DNA of 64,000 bases from Candidatus Lustribacter sp. (GCA_965277805.1 OZ255842.1:4032001-4096000); one strand, 5' to 3'. Counted from the first letter of the stretch, positions 1-9,797 are shown. The notes: a model not told the origin generated them from the letters alone. A program made the numbers and translations.

Positions 1-573
1 TCGAGCGTGCAGAGCGCCAAGGATCTCAGCGGAAAGACGATCGCCGTCGCGACGCTCGGCAGCATCGGTGAAATCGCCACGCGCGCGTGGCTCGATCAGA
101 ACGGCGTTGCCGCCGGCAGCGTGAAGTTCGTCGAAATGCCGTACAGCTCGATGGAAACGGCGCTCACGTCCGGCCGCGTCGATGCGGCGACGATGGAAGA
201 GCCGGCGCTCGACCGGATGCTGGTCGTCGACACGCGGCTGATCGCGCCCGTGTATGACGCGATCAGCAAAGACTTCGCCGAAGGCGGCTATTTTGCAACG
301 GCGGATTTCGTCAAGACGCACCTCGACCTGATGCGCCGCTTCAACGCCGTGATCACCGCGACGGCGCGCTGGGCAAATGCCAACCAGAGCACGACCGCGC
401 GAATCCTGACCAAGTATACCGGCATCGCAACGGACGATCTCAAGCACCGCGTGCGTTATCACGACACGCTCGATCCCGCCCGCGTCCAGCCGCTCATCGA
501 TGCGGCCGCGAAGTACGGCGCGCTCAAAGCCACCTTTCCGGCCTCGCTCATCATCGCGCAAGGAGTTCAATGA
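1..573 (+). CDS. ABC transporter substrate-binding protein, SsuA/NMT1/THI5-like (5' partial)
   Basis: Frame is open from base 1; 'AKDLSGKTIAVATLGS...GRVDAA' type-II SBP motifs; close paralog of the next gene. Confidence 0.8.
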   Translation, partial: SSVQSAKDLSGKTIAVATLGSIGEIATRAWLDQNGVAAGSVKFVEMPYSSMETALTSGRVDAATMEEPALDRMLVVDTRLIAPVYDAISKDFAEGGYFATADFVKTHLDLMRRFNAVITATARWANANQSTTARILTKYTGIATDDLKHRVRYHDTLDPARVQPLIDAAAKYGALKATFPASLIIAQGVQ

Positions 574-1505
574 ACGCTTTTCGTTTTATCAGCGCACTCG
601 TACTCTGCGCGCTGATCGCGCCGCTCCCGAGTCGCGCGCAAACGGCGCCCGATCGTCTGCGCGTCGGCGCCGCGCCCGTTGAAGTCGGAGCGCTCGTCTA
701 CTACGCGCAGGACGAGGGCTTCTTCAAGAAAGCGAACCTCGACATCGAGATCGTCGCGGCCGCGAACGGGCCGGCGATCGCCGCGGCCGTCGCGTCGGGC
801 ACGGTCGACGTCGGTTCGGGCAACGCGCTCTCGATCGCACAAGCCCACGAGAAGGGCTTGAACTTCGTCTACGTCGCACCGGCCGGCGCGTACACGACCG
901 CCTCGCCGACGGCGGCCTGCGTCGTTGCCAAAGCATCGCCCGTGCGCACCGCCAAGGACTTGAACGGCAAGACCATCGCCGTGGCCACGCTCGGCAGCCT
1001 CGGTGAGATCTCGATGCGCGCGTGGCTCGATCAGAACGGCGCCGATCTCTCGACGATCAAGTTCGTCGAGATGCCCTACAGTGCGATGGATACGGCGATC
1101 GTCGCAGGCCGCGTCGAAGCTGCCGCGATGGAAGAGCCCGCGCTCGACAAGCTGCTCGCAACCGACGGCCGCATGCTGGCGCACTGCTACGATGCGATCG
1201 CGAAGGACTTCTCAGAGGGCGGCTATTTCGCCACCGCCGACTACGTCAAAGCGCACCTCGACGTGATGCGGCGCTTCGCCGCGGTTATGACACAGACGGC
1301 GCGCTGGGCCAACGCCAACCAGCCCATCACGGCGAAGATTCTCGAGAAATACACCGGCGTCGCGATCGCCGATCAAGCGCATCGCGTGTACTATCACGAC
1401 AAACTCGATGCGACGAAAATTCAGCCGCTGGTGAACGCCGCGGCGAAATACGGCACGCTCAAGGCCGTCTTCCCCGCTTCCGAGATCATGGCTCAGGGAC
1501 TCTAA
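570..1505 (+). CDS. ABC transporter substrate-binding protein, SsuA/NMT1/THI5-like
   Basis: Signal peptide, 'YAQDEGFFKKANLDIEI', 'KDLNGKTIAV'; ATGA overlap with the upstream paralog. Confidence 0.85.
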   Translation: MNAFRFISALVLCALIAPLPSRAQTAPDRLRVGAAPVEVGALVYYAQDEGFFKKANLDIEIVAAANGPAIAAAVASGTVDVGSGNALSIAQAHEKGLNFVYVAPAGAYTTASPTAACVVAKASPVRTAKDLNGKTIAVATLGSLGEISMRAWLDQNGADLSTIKFVEMPYSAMDTAIVAGRVEAAAMEEPALDKLLATDGRMLAHCYDAIAKDFSEGGYFATADYVKAHLDVMRRFAAVMTQTARWANANQPITAKILEKYTGVAIADQAHRVYYHDKLDATKIQPLVNAAAKYGTLKAVFPASEIMAQGL

Positions 1506-3104
1506 ATGCGCTTCTTCGCTCTGCTCGCGGTTCTCGCCGCGCTCGGCGCTGCACCGAATTCGGGCAACGCGCCGGTCGGTGCGGCCGCACCGCCGCTGCA
1601 CGTCACCACGCTGAGCGGAACGCCGCTGAATCCAACCGCCACCGCGGGCAAAGTCACGGTGCTGAATTTCTGGGCCACCTGGTGTCCGCCGTGCCGCGCC
1701 GAGACGCCCGACATGAACGCGGCGTACCGCAAACTGCACGCGCCCGACGTCGCGTTCCTCGGCATCGACACGACCGAAACCGCGCCGATCATCAAGACGT
1801 TTCTCTCCGCGAAGGGCGTGCCATATCCGTCCGCGCTGGCCGGCCCCGACGTCTATAACGGCTTCGGCATCGCGTACATCCCCACCACGATCGTGCTCGA
1901 TGCGCACGGCATCGTTCGAGCGCGCTGGGTCGGCGGGATCGAACCGAAGCAGCTCGCGTCGTATATTGCCGCCGCGCGCGCGGGCCGCAACGCCGTCTTT
2001 TCGTCGCCCCAGCAAACGCTGATCGACGCCGAGCTCAACCCGGCCCGCTACAATTTCAGCGGTACCGCCGCGCAACGAAACGCCGTGCTCGCAGCGGCGC
2101 AGAAAGCGATGGCGCGCGCCGAAGCGGCCGAAGACAAGAATCAAGCGATGGTCGACGACGAGAAAACGCAACGCGAAGAGGGCCTGCTGCGCATCGCTGC
2201 CGGCACCGCGCTCCGTAATGCGGCAACGACGCCCGCGCAGAAGGCGGCCGCGCTGGCGCTGCTTGCGCACGGGCTAGGCGATCTCAACCGCTGGGCGGAT
2301 GCGGCGGACACCGACCGCGCCGCACTCAAGCTCGTGCCGGGCAATCCGTCGCTCACCGCGATGCTCTCGCGCGCCTACTACCGCCTCCACGATTATCCGG
2401 CGATGATCGAGCAAGCGAAGCGCTACGTGACCTTGCGGCCGAACGACGGCGACGGCTGGTCGGACCTCGGTCTTGCATATCAGCGCACGCAGCAATTCGA
2501 AGCCGCCGTTCCGGCGTACGTCCGTTCGCTCGCGCTGTTGCGCGCGGCAGCGGCCAAAGCGCCGACCCAGGACAACATCGCCGACGTCGCCGACACGTCG
2601 CTCGACTTGGCGAACGTCTACGTGTCGCTCGGCGACGTGAAGAACACGCGCGCGACGTTCGCGCAAGCGAACGCCTACGGCGATCGTCTCGACCCCAAGG
2701 GCCGTTATCCCGAACTGAAACGCAATATCAAAGAACGCACGCAAGAAGGGCTGATCGCGGTGGCGCTCGCCGGCGGCAACGGCAAACCGGTGCTCTCGGT
2801 TGCACCCTGGACGGGTCCCGATCTACCGGGCAGCGTTGCCTCGACGCTCAAATATCGCTTGATCGTTGCGGCCGCCGGCGATTCCGCGGTCACGCTGCAC
2901 GCCAACGGTTTGGCGCGCGACTGGGTCGGATCGTTCTGCGCCGACGGATTGTGCTCGCCGCAGCAAGTCTCGTTCCACACGCCGCCGACCGGCGTGAAGA
3001 CGTACGAATTCCAACTCGTCCCGCCGTCTCCGGGCGCGCACCCGGGCGACGTCACGATCAGCGCGGCCGGCGGCAACACCGTTACCGTTCCCACCACGCA
3101 TTGA
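1506..3104 (+). CDS. Exported TlpA-like thioredoxin domain + TPR repeat protein
   Basis: Signal peptide; 'VLNFWATWCPPCRAE' and 'IPTTIVLD' TlpA motifs; TPR-like helices; C-terminal domain with CADGLC. Confidence 0.8.
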   Translation: MRFFALLAVLAALGAAPNSGNAPVGAAAPPLHVTTLSGTPLNPTATAGKVTVLNFWATWCPPCRAETPDMNAAYRKLHAPDVAFLGIDTTETAPIIKTFLSAKGVPYPSALAGPDVYNGFGIAYIPTTIVLDAHGIVRARWVGGIEPKQLASYIAAARAGRNAVFSSPQQTLIDAELNPARYNFSGTAAQRNAVLAAAQKAMARAEAAEDKNQAMVDDEKTQREEGLLRIAAGTALRNAATTPAQKAAALALLAHGLGDLNRWADAADTDRAALKLVPGNPSLTAMLSRAYYRLHDYPAMIEQAKRYVTLRPNDGDGWSDLGLAYQRTQQFEAAVPAYVRSLALLRAAAAKAPTQDNIADVADTSLDLANVYVSLGDVKNTRATFAQANAYGDRLDPKGRYPELKRNIKERTQEGLIAVALAGGNGKPVLSVAPWTGPDLPGSVASTLKYRLIVAAAGDSAVTLHANGLARDWVGSFCADGLCSPQQVSFHTPPTGVKTYEFQLVPPSPGAHPGDVTISAAGGNTVTVPTTH

Positions 3105-3136
3105 GGCTGTCCCTCGACAAGCTCGGGATGACACTG
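3105..3136 (+). repeat. REP-like imperfect palindrome, copy 1
   Basis: GGCTGTCCCTCGACAAGCTCGGGATGACACTG; near-identical copies at 3987-4018 (reverse), 59727-59754 and 63715-63743. Confidence 0.8.
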
Positions 3137-4645
3137 GCAAGCGCGCTGCTGGTGGTCATGCTCGCCTCCTTCGCGGCCGTGCGCGCCGACGATACGTCGA
3201 CGCCGGCGCCCGCGCGCGCGGCGCGCACCGTCGTGACGCACCATACGATGCACCTTGCCAACGGTGATGCCCTCGCCTACACCGCGACCACCGGCACGCT
3301 GACGCTGCGCGACGACAAGAACGAACCGACCGCCAACGTCTTCTATGTGGCCTACACCACCGGCGATCGCAAACGTCCGGTCACGTTTCTGTACAACGGC
3401 GGGCCGGGCTCGGCGTCGCTCTGGCTGCACATCGGAGCGTTCGGTCCGCGCCGCATCGTGATGGCCGACAAGACGTTCGGCGCACCGGTTTCCGGTCAGC
3501 TCGCCGACAATCCGTCCACGCTGCTCGACACGAGCGATCTCGTGTTCATCGACCCGGTCGGTACCGGCTACAGCTCGGCCACCGGCAAGAGCGCCGACAA
3601 AGATTTCTGGGGCGTCGATGAAGACATCCGCGCGTTCAGCCAGTTCATCCGGCGCTGGATCGCCGCCAACGACCGCGCCAACAGCCCGAAGTTCTTGCTC
3701 GGCGAAAGCTACGGCACGTTTCGCAGCGCCGGGCTCGTCGATCAACTCCAAAAAGACGGCGTCGCGTTCAACGGCGTGATCCTCGTCTCATCGCTGCTCG
3801 ACTACGCCGACGACTTCGGCAATCCGGGCGATGAGAACGTGCCCGATGCGTTCGCGATCCCGTCGGAAGCCGCGGTCGCGTGGTATCACAAGAAAGTCCC
3901 GAACCCGCCCGCCGACGTGCAAACGTTCATCGATGCCGCGCGCAAATTCACGAGCGACGTGTACCTGCCCGCGATCATGCGCCCTCCCACTGTCACCCCG
4001 AGCTTGTCGAGGGGCAGCGACGACGCTGCACTCGCAGAGCAACTGCACAATTTCATCGGACTCGATACGGATTATCTGCAGCGCGCGAACGCGCGCATTT
4101 CGACGGCGCGCTTTGAAAGCGAACTGTTGCGTTCCGACGGCAAGATCCTCGGGCGCTACGATGGGCGCTTCGCCGGAACCGCGATGGACCGCAATCGCGG
4201 CACGCCCGAATTCGACCCGTCGTACGAAGCCGTGGCCCCGGCCTTCATCACCACGTTCACGGCGTATGCGAAGTCGGAGCTGAACTGGACGACCGACCGG
4301 ATGTACCGCGCGCTGCCGTCCGAAGTCGTCAACAGCTGGAACTTCAAGCGGCGCGGCTTCTTCGGGCGAGTGCTCGCGCCGACGGTGATCCCCGATCTGC
4401 GCGAGGCGATGCACACGAACCCGAACCTGCGCGTCTTCGCGGCCAACGGGCTCTTCGATCTCGCGACGCCCTTCTACACCACCGAGTACGAGCTGGGCCA
4501 GGTGGGCCTGGACCCCGCGGTCCGCGCGAGGATCTCGCTCGGTTACTATCCATCCGGCCACATGATCTACCTCAACGACGACGCGCTCCGCGCGCTGCGC
4601 GCCGATCTCAGCCGGTTCTATGCAACCGCCGTCACAGCGCATTAG
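3128..4645 (+). CDS. Secreted serine carboxypeptidase, S10 family
   Basis: 'NGGPGSAS', 'FIDPVGTGYS', 'GESYG' nucleophile, 'GHMIY' His; start is ATG 3128 or TTG 3101. Confidence 0.9.
   Translation: MTLASALLVVMLASFAAVRADDTSTPAPARAARTVVTHHTMHLANGDALAYTATTGTLTLRDDKNEPTANVFYVAYTTGDRKRPVTFLYNGGPGSASLWLHIGAFGPRRIVMADKTFGAPVSGQLADNPSTLLDTSDLVFIDPVGTGYSSATGKSADKDFWGVDEDIRAFSQFIRRWIAANDRANSPKFLLGESYGTFRSAGLVDQLQKDGVAFNGVILVSSLLDYADDFGNPGDENVPDAFAIPSEAAVAWYHKKVPNPPADVQTFIDAARKFTSDVYLPAIMRPPTVTPSLSRGSDDAALAEQLHNFIGLDTDYLQRANARISTARFESELLRSDGKILGRYDGRFAGTAMDRNRGTPEFDPSYEAVAPAFITTFTAYAKSELNWTTDRMYRALPSEVVNSWNFKRRGFFGRVLAPTVIPDLREAMHTNPNLRVFAANGLFDLATPFYTTEYELGQVGLDPAVRARISLGYYPSGHMIYLNDDALRALRADLSRFYATAVTAH
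3987..4018 (-). repeat. REP-like repeat, copy 2, in-frame inside the S10 peptidase CDS
   Basis: Reverse complement GCTGCCCCTCGACAAGCTCGGGGTGACAGTGG; read as TVTPSLSRGS in the peptidase. Confidence 0.8.
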
Positions 4646-4683
4646 CACAGGCGAACCGTTTGGGGCACCCGAAACACGGGCCG

Positions 4684-5154
4684 GTGAGGTTCCGCGCCGC
4701 CGCGCTTGCGCTTGTCCTCGGCTCACTCCTTGGGTGTAGCCAGGGCGGCTTTTTGCCCGGCGGTCCGCATGCGTTGCCGGCCGGCCAATTGAGCTCGCTC
4801 GTCGACTCGACCGCGCACGAGTTCGGCGTGAAGCCCGCGCTCGTCTACGCCGTCATCGACGCCGAGTCGCACGGCGACCCGGCCGCGATCAGCCGCGCCG
4901 GCGCGATGGGGATCATGCAGCTGATGCCGGCGACCAGCACGCAGTACGGCGTGAGCAACCCGTTCGACCCGCAGTCGAACATCAACGGCGGCGTGCACTA
5001 TCTGCACGACCTGCTGCATCGCTATCACGGCGACGTGTCGTACGCGCTCGCGGCCTACAACGCCGGTCCCGGACTCGTCGACGCCATGCACGGTATTCCG
5101 GCGATTCCCGAAACGCGCTCCTACGTGGCGCGCATCACCGCCGCCCTGCGCTAA
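4684..5154 (+). CDS. Lytic transglycosylase (SLT domain) lipoprotein
   Basis: Lipobox LLGC; 'AVIDAES', 'GAMGIMQLMP', 'ALAAYNAG', 'ETRSYV'; GTG start at 4684. Confidence 0.9.
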   Translation: MRFRAAALALVLGSLLGCSQGGFLPGGPHALPAGQLSSLVDSTAHEFGVKPALVYAVIDAESHGDPAAISRAGAMGIMQLMPATSTQYGVSNPFDPQSNINGGVHYLHDLLHRYHGDVSYALAAYNAGPGLVDAMHGIPAIPETRSYVARITAALR

Positions 5155-6317
5155 TGGCGGTCGCTCCGAGCCTCGATCGCGGCACGCTCGTCCGTAGCCT
5201 GCGCCCGCGGTTCCGTCTGCCGATCCTCGATGCGTACATCATGCGCGAGCTCGTCGGGCCGTTCGCGTTCGGGCTCGGCGCCGTGTACGTCTTCTGGTTT
5301 GCGAACATTTTCGTGCTCGCGGCCGACTACCTGATCAACAAGGGCGCACCGGTCTTCCTCATCCTGCGCTTCCTGATCGCGCGCATGCCCCAAGCGACGC
5401 CGATGGCGTTCCCGTTTGCCTGCTTGTTCGGTGCCCTGCTGGCGTTCGGTCGCCTGGCCGCCGACAACGAGATCACGGCACTGCGCACGTCCGGCGTTTC
5501 GTTCATGCGCATTTGCCGCACGCCGCTCTTGCTCGGCATCGGGATGTTCCTCGTCTCGTTCGCGGTGAACGAGAAGATCGCACCCGGGGCGGTCGATGTC
5601 TCGACGCGCACGTTCTATCAGATCATCTATCGCACGGCGACGCTGCCGATCGAACCGCACATCTTCCGCACCGACCCCGCCACCGGCAAAACATTTTACA
5701 TCGACTCGGTCGACGCCGACGGCAAGACGATGAACAACGTCATGATCTTCGAGCAGGGCAAAGGCACGCCGTTTCTCGACGTGACGACCGCGCGCAAAGC
5801 GACGATCGAAAGCGGTCTCATCGTTTTACAAGGCGCAATCCAGACTCGCGTGTTACCCAATGGAACTGTGCAGGCGCTGACGATCGCGGCGCGCGATATC
5901 ACCGTTCCCTTACCGCTGGGTGACAGCGGTGAGAAGTTCCTCAGCCAAGCGTATAACGATCCCTACGCGATGGATGCCAAACGCCTGAGCGACCAAATTG
6001 CGTTTCGCAAGCTGACCGGCACCGGCGGCGCGGATCTGGCCGGGCTCGAGATTACGCTCGCGCAGAAATACGCGCTGCCGTTCGCGTCGTTCATCGCGGT
6101 ATTGATCGCGCTGCCGCTGGCGGTGCGCTTCGGCAAGAAAGGCCGCACGCTCGGCATCGCGCTCTCGGTCGTCGTGCTGTTCATCTATTACATCTTGGGC
6201 GCGGTCGGGGCCGCGTTCGGGAAGAACGGTGCGATCACGCCTTGGATCGCCGTCTGGCTGCCCAACATCATCGTGGCCGCGGGCGGCGGCTATTTGATCC
6301 TCAAAGAAGACCGGTAG
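5154..6317 (+). CDS. LptF/LptG family LPS export permease
   Basis: 'ILDAYIMREL', 'RLAADNEITALRTSGVS', 'WLPNII'; TM-periplasmic-TM layout. Confidence 0.88.
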   Translation: MAVAPSLDRGTLVRSLRPRFRLPILDAYIMRELVGPFAFGLGAVYVFWFANIFVLAADYLINKGAPVFLILRFLIARMPQATPMAFPFACLFGALLAFGRLAADNEITALRTSGVSFMRICRTPLLLGIGMFLVSFAVNEKIAPGAVDVSTRTFYQIIYRTATLPIEPHIFRTDPATGKTFYIDSVDADGKTMNNVMIFEQGKGTPFLDVTTARKATIESGLIVLQGAIQTRVLPNGTVQALTIAARDITVPLPLGDSGEKFLSQAYNDPYAMDAKRLSDQIAFRKLTGTGGADLAGLEITLAQKYALPFASFIAVLIALPLAVRFGKKGRTLGIALSVVVLFIYYILGAVGAAFGKNGAITPWIAVWLPNIIVAAGGGYLILKEDR

Positions 6318-8860
6318 TGCGTTCGCTGCTGGCCGTTGCGATCGCCGGGACGCTGATCGCGGGGATGGTTGCGCCGGCGCAAGCAGTCGCACCGTCGATT
6401 ACGACGAGCGCCGGCCAAGCGCGCGCGCTCGCGATGCTGAACACGCCGTGTCTGCCGACGCCGAAGACCGTAGCGCAAGCCTCCTCACAGGGGGTCGCTG
6501 ACGACGAAGACGACGAGGATCAAGGCGCTTCGCCCGCACCCTCGCCGTCGATCAGCCCGGGTGCACCCTTGCCGCGTCCGGTCATCCCATACGGACCGGG
6601 CGTGCTCGTGCCGCCGCCGCTGCCGACCGCCACACCGCTGAACACGCCGCCGCCGCTTCCGAGTCCCTCGGCCAGCCCGTCGGCCGCGGCGACCGGACCG
6701 ATCTATCTCGTGCCGGCTCCCTCGCCGACCGCCTCACCAACGCCGAAGCCGCCGCCGACGGCCGGACCGATCGTAGCCGGCGTACGCGCGTCACCAACGC
6801 CGTCGCCGGCGCCCTCGCCCGGCGAAACGCTCGGTCCCAACGACTACGCGATCCTCGGCGATACGCTCACCGGTAACCGGACCGCCGGACAGCCGTTCGA
6901 CCTCGATGGTCACGTCAACGTGATCTATCAGGACGGCATCATCGTCGGCGATCACGCGCATTACGACGGCACGCGCTACATCGACATTACCGGCCACACG
7001 TTCATCCAGAACCGCGAGGGTGACTCGACGCTGACGGCCGATTCGATCCGCTTCGACACGACGACACAGCACGCGCTCTTGATCAACGGGCGCGGCGTTA
7101 CGACCCAAGGCGTCGACCACGGCCGCCTGCACTTCAACGCGCAGAACATGGAGACGCGGCCCGACGGCTTCACGCACGGCACGCATGCCTCGATCACGAC
7201 GTGCGAAAATCCGCACGGCGGCTATCACCTCGAAGCGCGGACGCTCGACATCACGCCGGGTGACAAGGCGATCGCGCGCAGCGTCACCGTGTTCCTCGGA
7301 CCGCTCGCGATCTTCTTTCTTCCGCTGATGGTCATTCCGCTGCGGCACGAGCAGATTCCGGGCGTGCGCAAAACGGGCTTCGTCCCGCTGATCGGCTATT
7401 CCGACGCGGAAGGCTTCTACGTCAAAACGCGCATCGGCTTCGGTACGAGCAATCAGTACTACGGCTATTACCGGGTCGAATTCTACACCAAGATCGGCTA
7501 CGGCCTCGGCTACGTGGCATCGTTCCGGCGCAAGGACGGCAAACGGTCGATCGACGTCGACGTCTTCCGGCTGCACAGCAAGATCGACGGCTCCGATCAG
7601 TGGAATGCCGATTTCAAAGACCAGGAAATCATCTCGCCGGCGCTGCGGGGGACGATCAGCTACACCTACCAGGCCGACTACGGGCCGCTGGTCTCGCTGC
7701 CCCCGAACTCCTCGCTCGCGCTCGGCCTGACCAAAACCACCGGCAAGGATACGGAGAATTACAGCTTCTCCAAGCAATCCACCGGCGGACAGAGCACGAC
7801 CGACAACTACGGCATCAGCGACTCCTACGCGTTTTCGCCCAAGCTGAACAACGCGTTCACCTCGTCGTATACCGACAACATCTCGTCGTTCTCCGGCATC
7901 ACCAGCGACAGCAGCACGCTGCACTTCAACGACGACCTGCACTTAACTGGGAACACCGTCGACTACGACCTCACCGTCGACCGTTACGATACGGCGATTC
8001 CGAGCAGCGTCAACAAACTGCCCGAACTGCTCGTGCGGCCGCACGGATCGCTCTTTCCGCACCTGCTCGGCGGTATTCCCAACACCGCTACATTTACGAT
8101 CGGCGAGTACAGCGATCCGATCGCGGCGCTGGCGACCGGTCGCGCCCAAGCGCAATTCAACTTCGGCCCGGCGCTCTATCATCTGCCGATCGGCGACTTC
8201 AGCTCCTCGCTGAACATCACGCAAGACGCCTACGGAACGGGCGACATGAAGGCCCAGGTCGAGCAGATGGACACGCTCACCTCACCGATCGGTAACCACT
8301 TCCAAAACATCCTTAGCTACTCGAACCAGCACGTCAACGGCCTCGGCAACGAACCGTTCACCTTCGATACGATCGGCGGCGCGTACAAGAACCTGCAGGA
8401 AGTGCTGAAGGTGTACAACGGTTCCGTGTACGCGTTCTCGCTGCAGACCGGCACGGCGTTCAACATGCAGGCCCAGCCGGTGGCCTATCAACTGCTGATG
8501 CGGCCGTCACCGCTCTCGTCGCTTTCATTGACCGGTAACTTTACTCCGGGGCCCGGGTTCGGCTTCGACCGCACCAACGTGCAGATCATCACGCCGATCG
8601 GACGCACCGCGGATCTGCAATTCGCGACCTACGTGGATTGGAAGAACCACATGCGCCTCGAGAGCAAGAACATCTACCTGCGCGAGGTGATCGGCGACTG
8701 TTACGAGATCCGGATCTCCTACAACGAAGACCTCAAGGCCGTCGCGGTCACGCTCGACATCCTCGCCTTCCCCTCGCAAGGCCTGAACTTCGGACTCGGC
8801 TCGGGCAACAGCTCCGTCATTCCGCAGTCCTTCGCCACGTCCCAATTCTTCGGCCAGTAA
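6317..8860 (+). CDS. LptD-like outer-membrane LPS assembly protein with Pro-rich N-terminal extension
   Basis: Signal peptide, OstA-like jellyroll, 'ASITTCENPHGGYHLEA', 'PLIGYSDAEGFYVK', beta-strand-rich C-terminus; GTG overlaps the upstream stop. Confidence 0.75.
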   Translation: MRSLLAVAIAGTLIAGMVAPAQAVAPSITTSAGQARALAMLNTPCLPTPKTVAQASSQGVADDEDDEDQGASPAPSPSISPGAPLPRPVIPYGPGVLVPPPLPTATPLNTPPPLPSPSASPSAAATGPIYLVPAPSPTASPTPKPPPTAGPIVAGVRASPTPSPAPSPGETLGPNDYAILGDTLTGNRTAGQPFDLDGHVNVIYQDGIIVGDHAHYDGTRYIDITGHTFIQNREGDSTLTADSIRFDTTTQHALLINGRGVTTQGVDHGRLHFNAQNMETRPDGFTHGTHASITTCENPHGGYHLEARTLDITPGDKAIARSVTVFLGPLAIFFLPLMVIPLRHEQIPGVRKTGFVPLIGYSDAEGFYVKTRIGFGTSNQYYGYYRVEFYTKIGYGLGYVASFRRKDGKRSIDVDVFRLHSKIDGSDQWNADFKDQEIISPALRGTISYTYQADYGPLVSLPPNSSLALGLTKTTGKDTENYSFSKQSTGGQSTTDNYGISDSYAFSPKLNNAFTSSYTDNISSFSGITSDSSTLHFNDDLHLTGNTVDYDLTVDRYDTAIPSSVNKLPELLVRPHGSLFPHLLGGIPNTATFTIGEYSDPIAALATGRAQAQFNFGPALYHLPIGDFSSSLNITQDAYGTGDMKAQVEQMDTLTSPIGNHFQNILSYSNQHVNGLGNEPFTFDTIGGAYKNLQEVLKVYNGSVYAFSLQTGTAFNMQAQPVAYQLLMRPSPLSSLSLTGNFTPGPGFGFDRTNVQIITPIGRTADLQFATYVDWKNHMRLESKNIYLREVIGDCYEIRISYNEDLKAVAVTLDILAFPSQGLNFGLGSGNSSVIPQSFATSQFFGQ

Positions 8861-8885
8861 GCTCCAAACTGGGTATACGGGCGGC

Positions 8886-9056
8886 ATGAGCACGATGACA
8901 CAGCCCTGCGAATACGAGCTTTGCAACTGTACGGTGACGGGACGCTCCGAGGGCGGTGCGGCCTATTGTTCGGAGATTTGCCGCGAGCGCGACTCGAACG
9001 ACGAAGAAATGGAAACCGGCTGCGAGTGCGGCCACTCGCCGTGCGATGAAGCCTAA
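8886..9056 (+). CDS. Small Cys-rich metallothionein-like protein (56 aa; below the ORF-track cutoff)
   Basis: MSTMTQPCEYELCNCTVTGRSEGGAAYCSEICRERDSNDEEMETGCECGHSPCDEA; 8 Cys + 1 His, with YCSxxC and CGH motifs as in SmtA/BmtA. Confidence 0.7.
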   Translation: MSTMTQPCEYELCNCTVTGRSEGGAAYCSEICRERDSNDEEMETGCECGHSPCDEA

Positions 9057-9068
9057 CGTTTCACGCCA

Positions 9069-9797
9069 CTAAGGCTGGTTGATTACTTCGGCGGCGACGA
9101 TCTGCGCGTTTTGGTTGGCGACCTGCGTATAGCCCGGCGCCTTGTTCACCACAACGTCGAACGGCTGGGTCGTATCGACGGTGAACTGGTTGAACGTCGT
9201 GTCGCTGATGCCGCTGAACGCGATGGCGTCGATCGCGTTGTTGCCGGTTGAGTCGGCGGAAAATAAGTTGAGTTCCCAGACCGTTGAGATGCCCGATGCC
9301 AGCGTCGGCGCCGCATTGGGAGCCAGCGTCGGTACCGGAGTCGGGGTCGCGCTTTGCTGCGGCGTGATCAGCGAACGATTGAACGTGAACGTGAACTCGT
9401 TGCCGAGGCCGTTGCTATTGGCATTGAGCGTCCCCAGCTGCGGGTTCACTTGAAGTTGAACCGTGGTAAACCCGCCTGAGCCGATCGGAATGACTTGGAG
9501 CAGGGCGAACGAGGCGCCGCCGACCTGCGTTCCGCCGAAGACGAGGATGAACGAAAAATCGAGAAACGCCGTGTTGAGGCTATTCGCATACGGCGTGTGG
9601 CCGTCGCCGTTCGTGTTGAAGACGACGAGATAGCGCAGGTTGGTGAAATCTAAGGTTCCGGCAACGCGGTAGCGAATGAGCATGTCGCCGGACGGCACTA
9701 GGCCTCCGCTCGAGCCCGCCTTGGGAACCGTGACAATTCGACCGCACGCCGCCGCCGCCATCGACGCGGTAAGTAACGCAAAGCCAGCCCGTCGCAT
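9069..9797 (-). CDS. Hypothetical lipoprotein
   Basis: 'MRRAGFALLTASMAAAACG' lipobox; AGGAGA SD upstream; beta-rich mature region. Confidence 0.7.
   Translation of the reverse strand: MRRAGFALLTASMAAAACGRIVTVPKAGSSGGLVPSGDMLIRYRVAGTLDFTNLRYLVVFNTNGDGHTPYANSLNTAFLDFSFILVFGGTQVGGASFALLQVIPIGSGGFTTVQLQVNPQLGTLNANSNGLGNEFTFTFNRSLITPQQSATPTPVPTLAPNAAPTLASGISTVWELNLFSADSTGNNAIDAIAFSGISDTTFNQFTVDTTQPFDVVVNKAPGYTQVANQNAQIVAAEVINQP

Noticed and set aside
6520-6825. Low-complexity CCG/TCG-rich tract
   Set aside because: Encodes the Pro/Ser/Thr linker of the LptD-like protein; not a DNA repeat element
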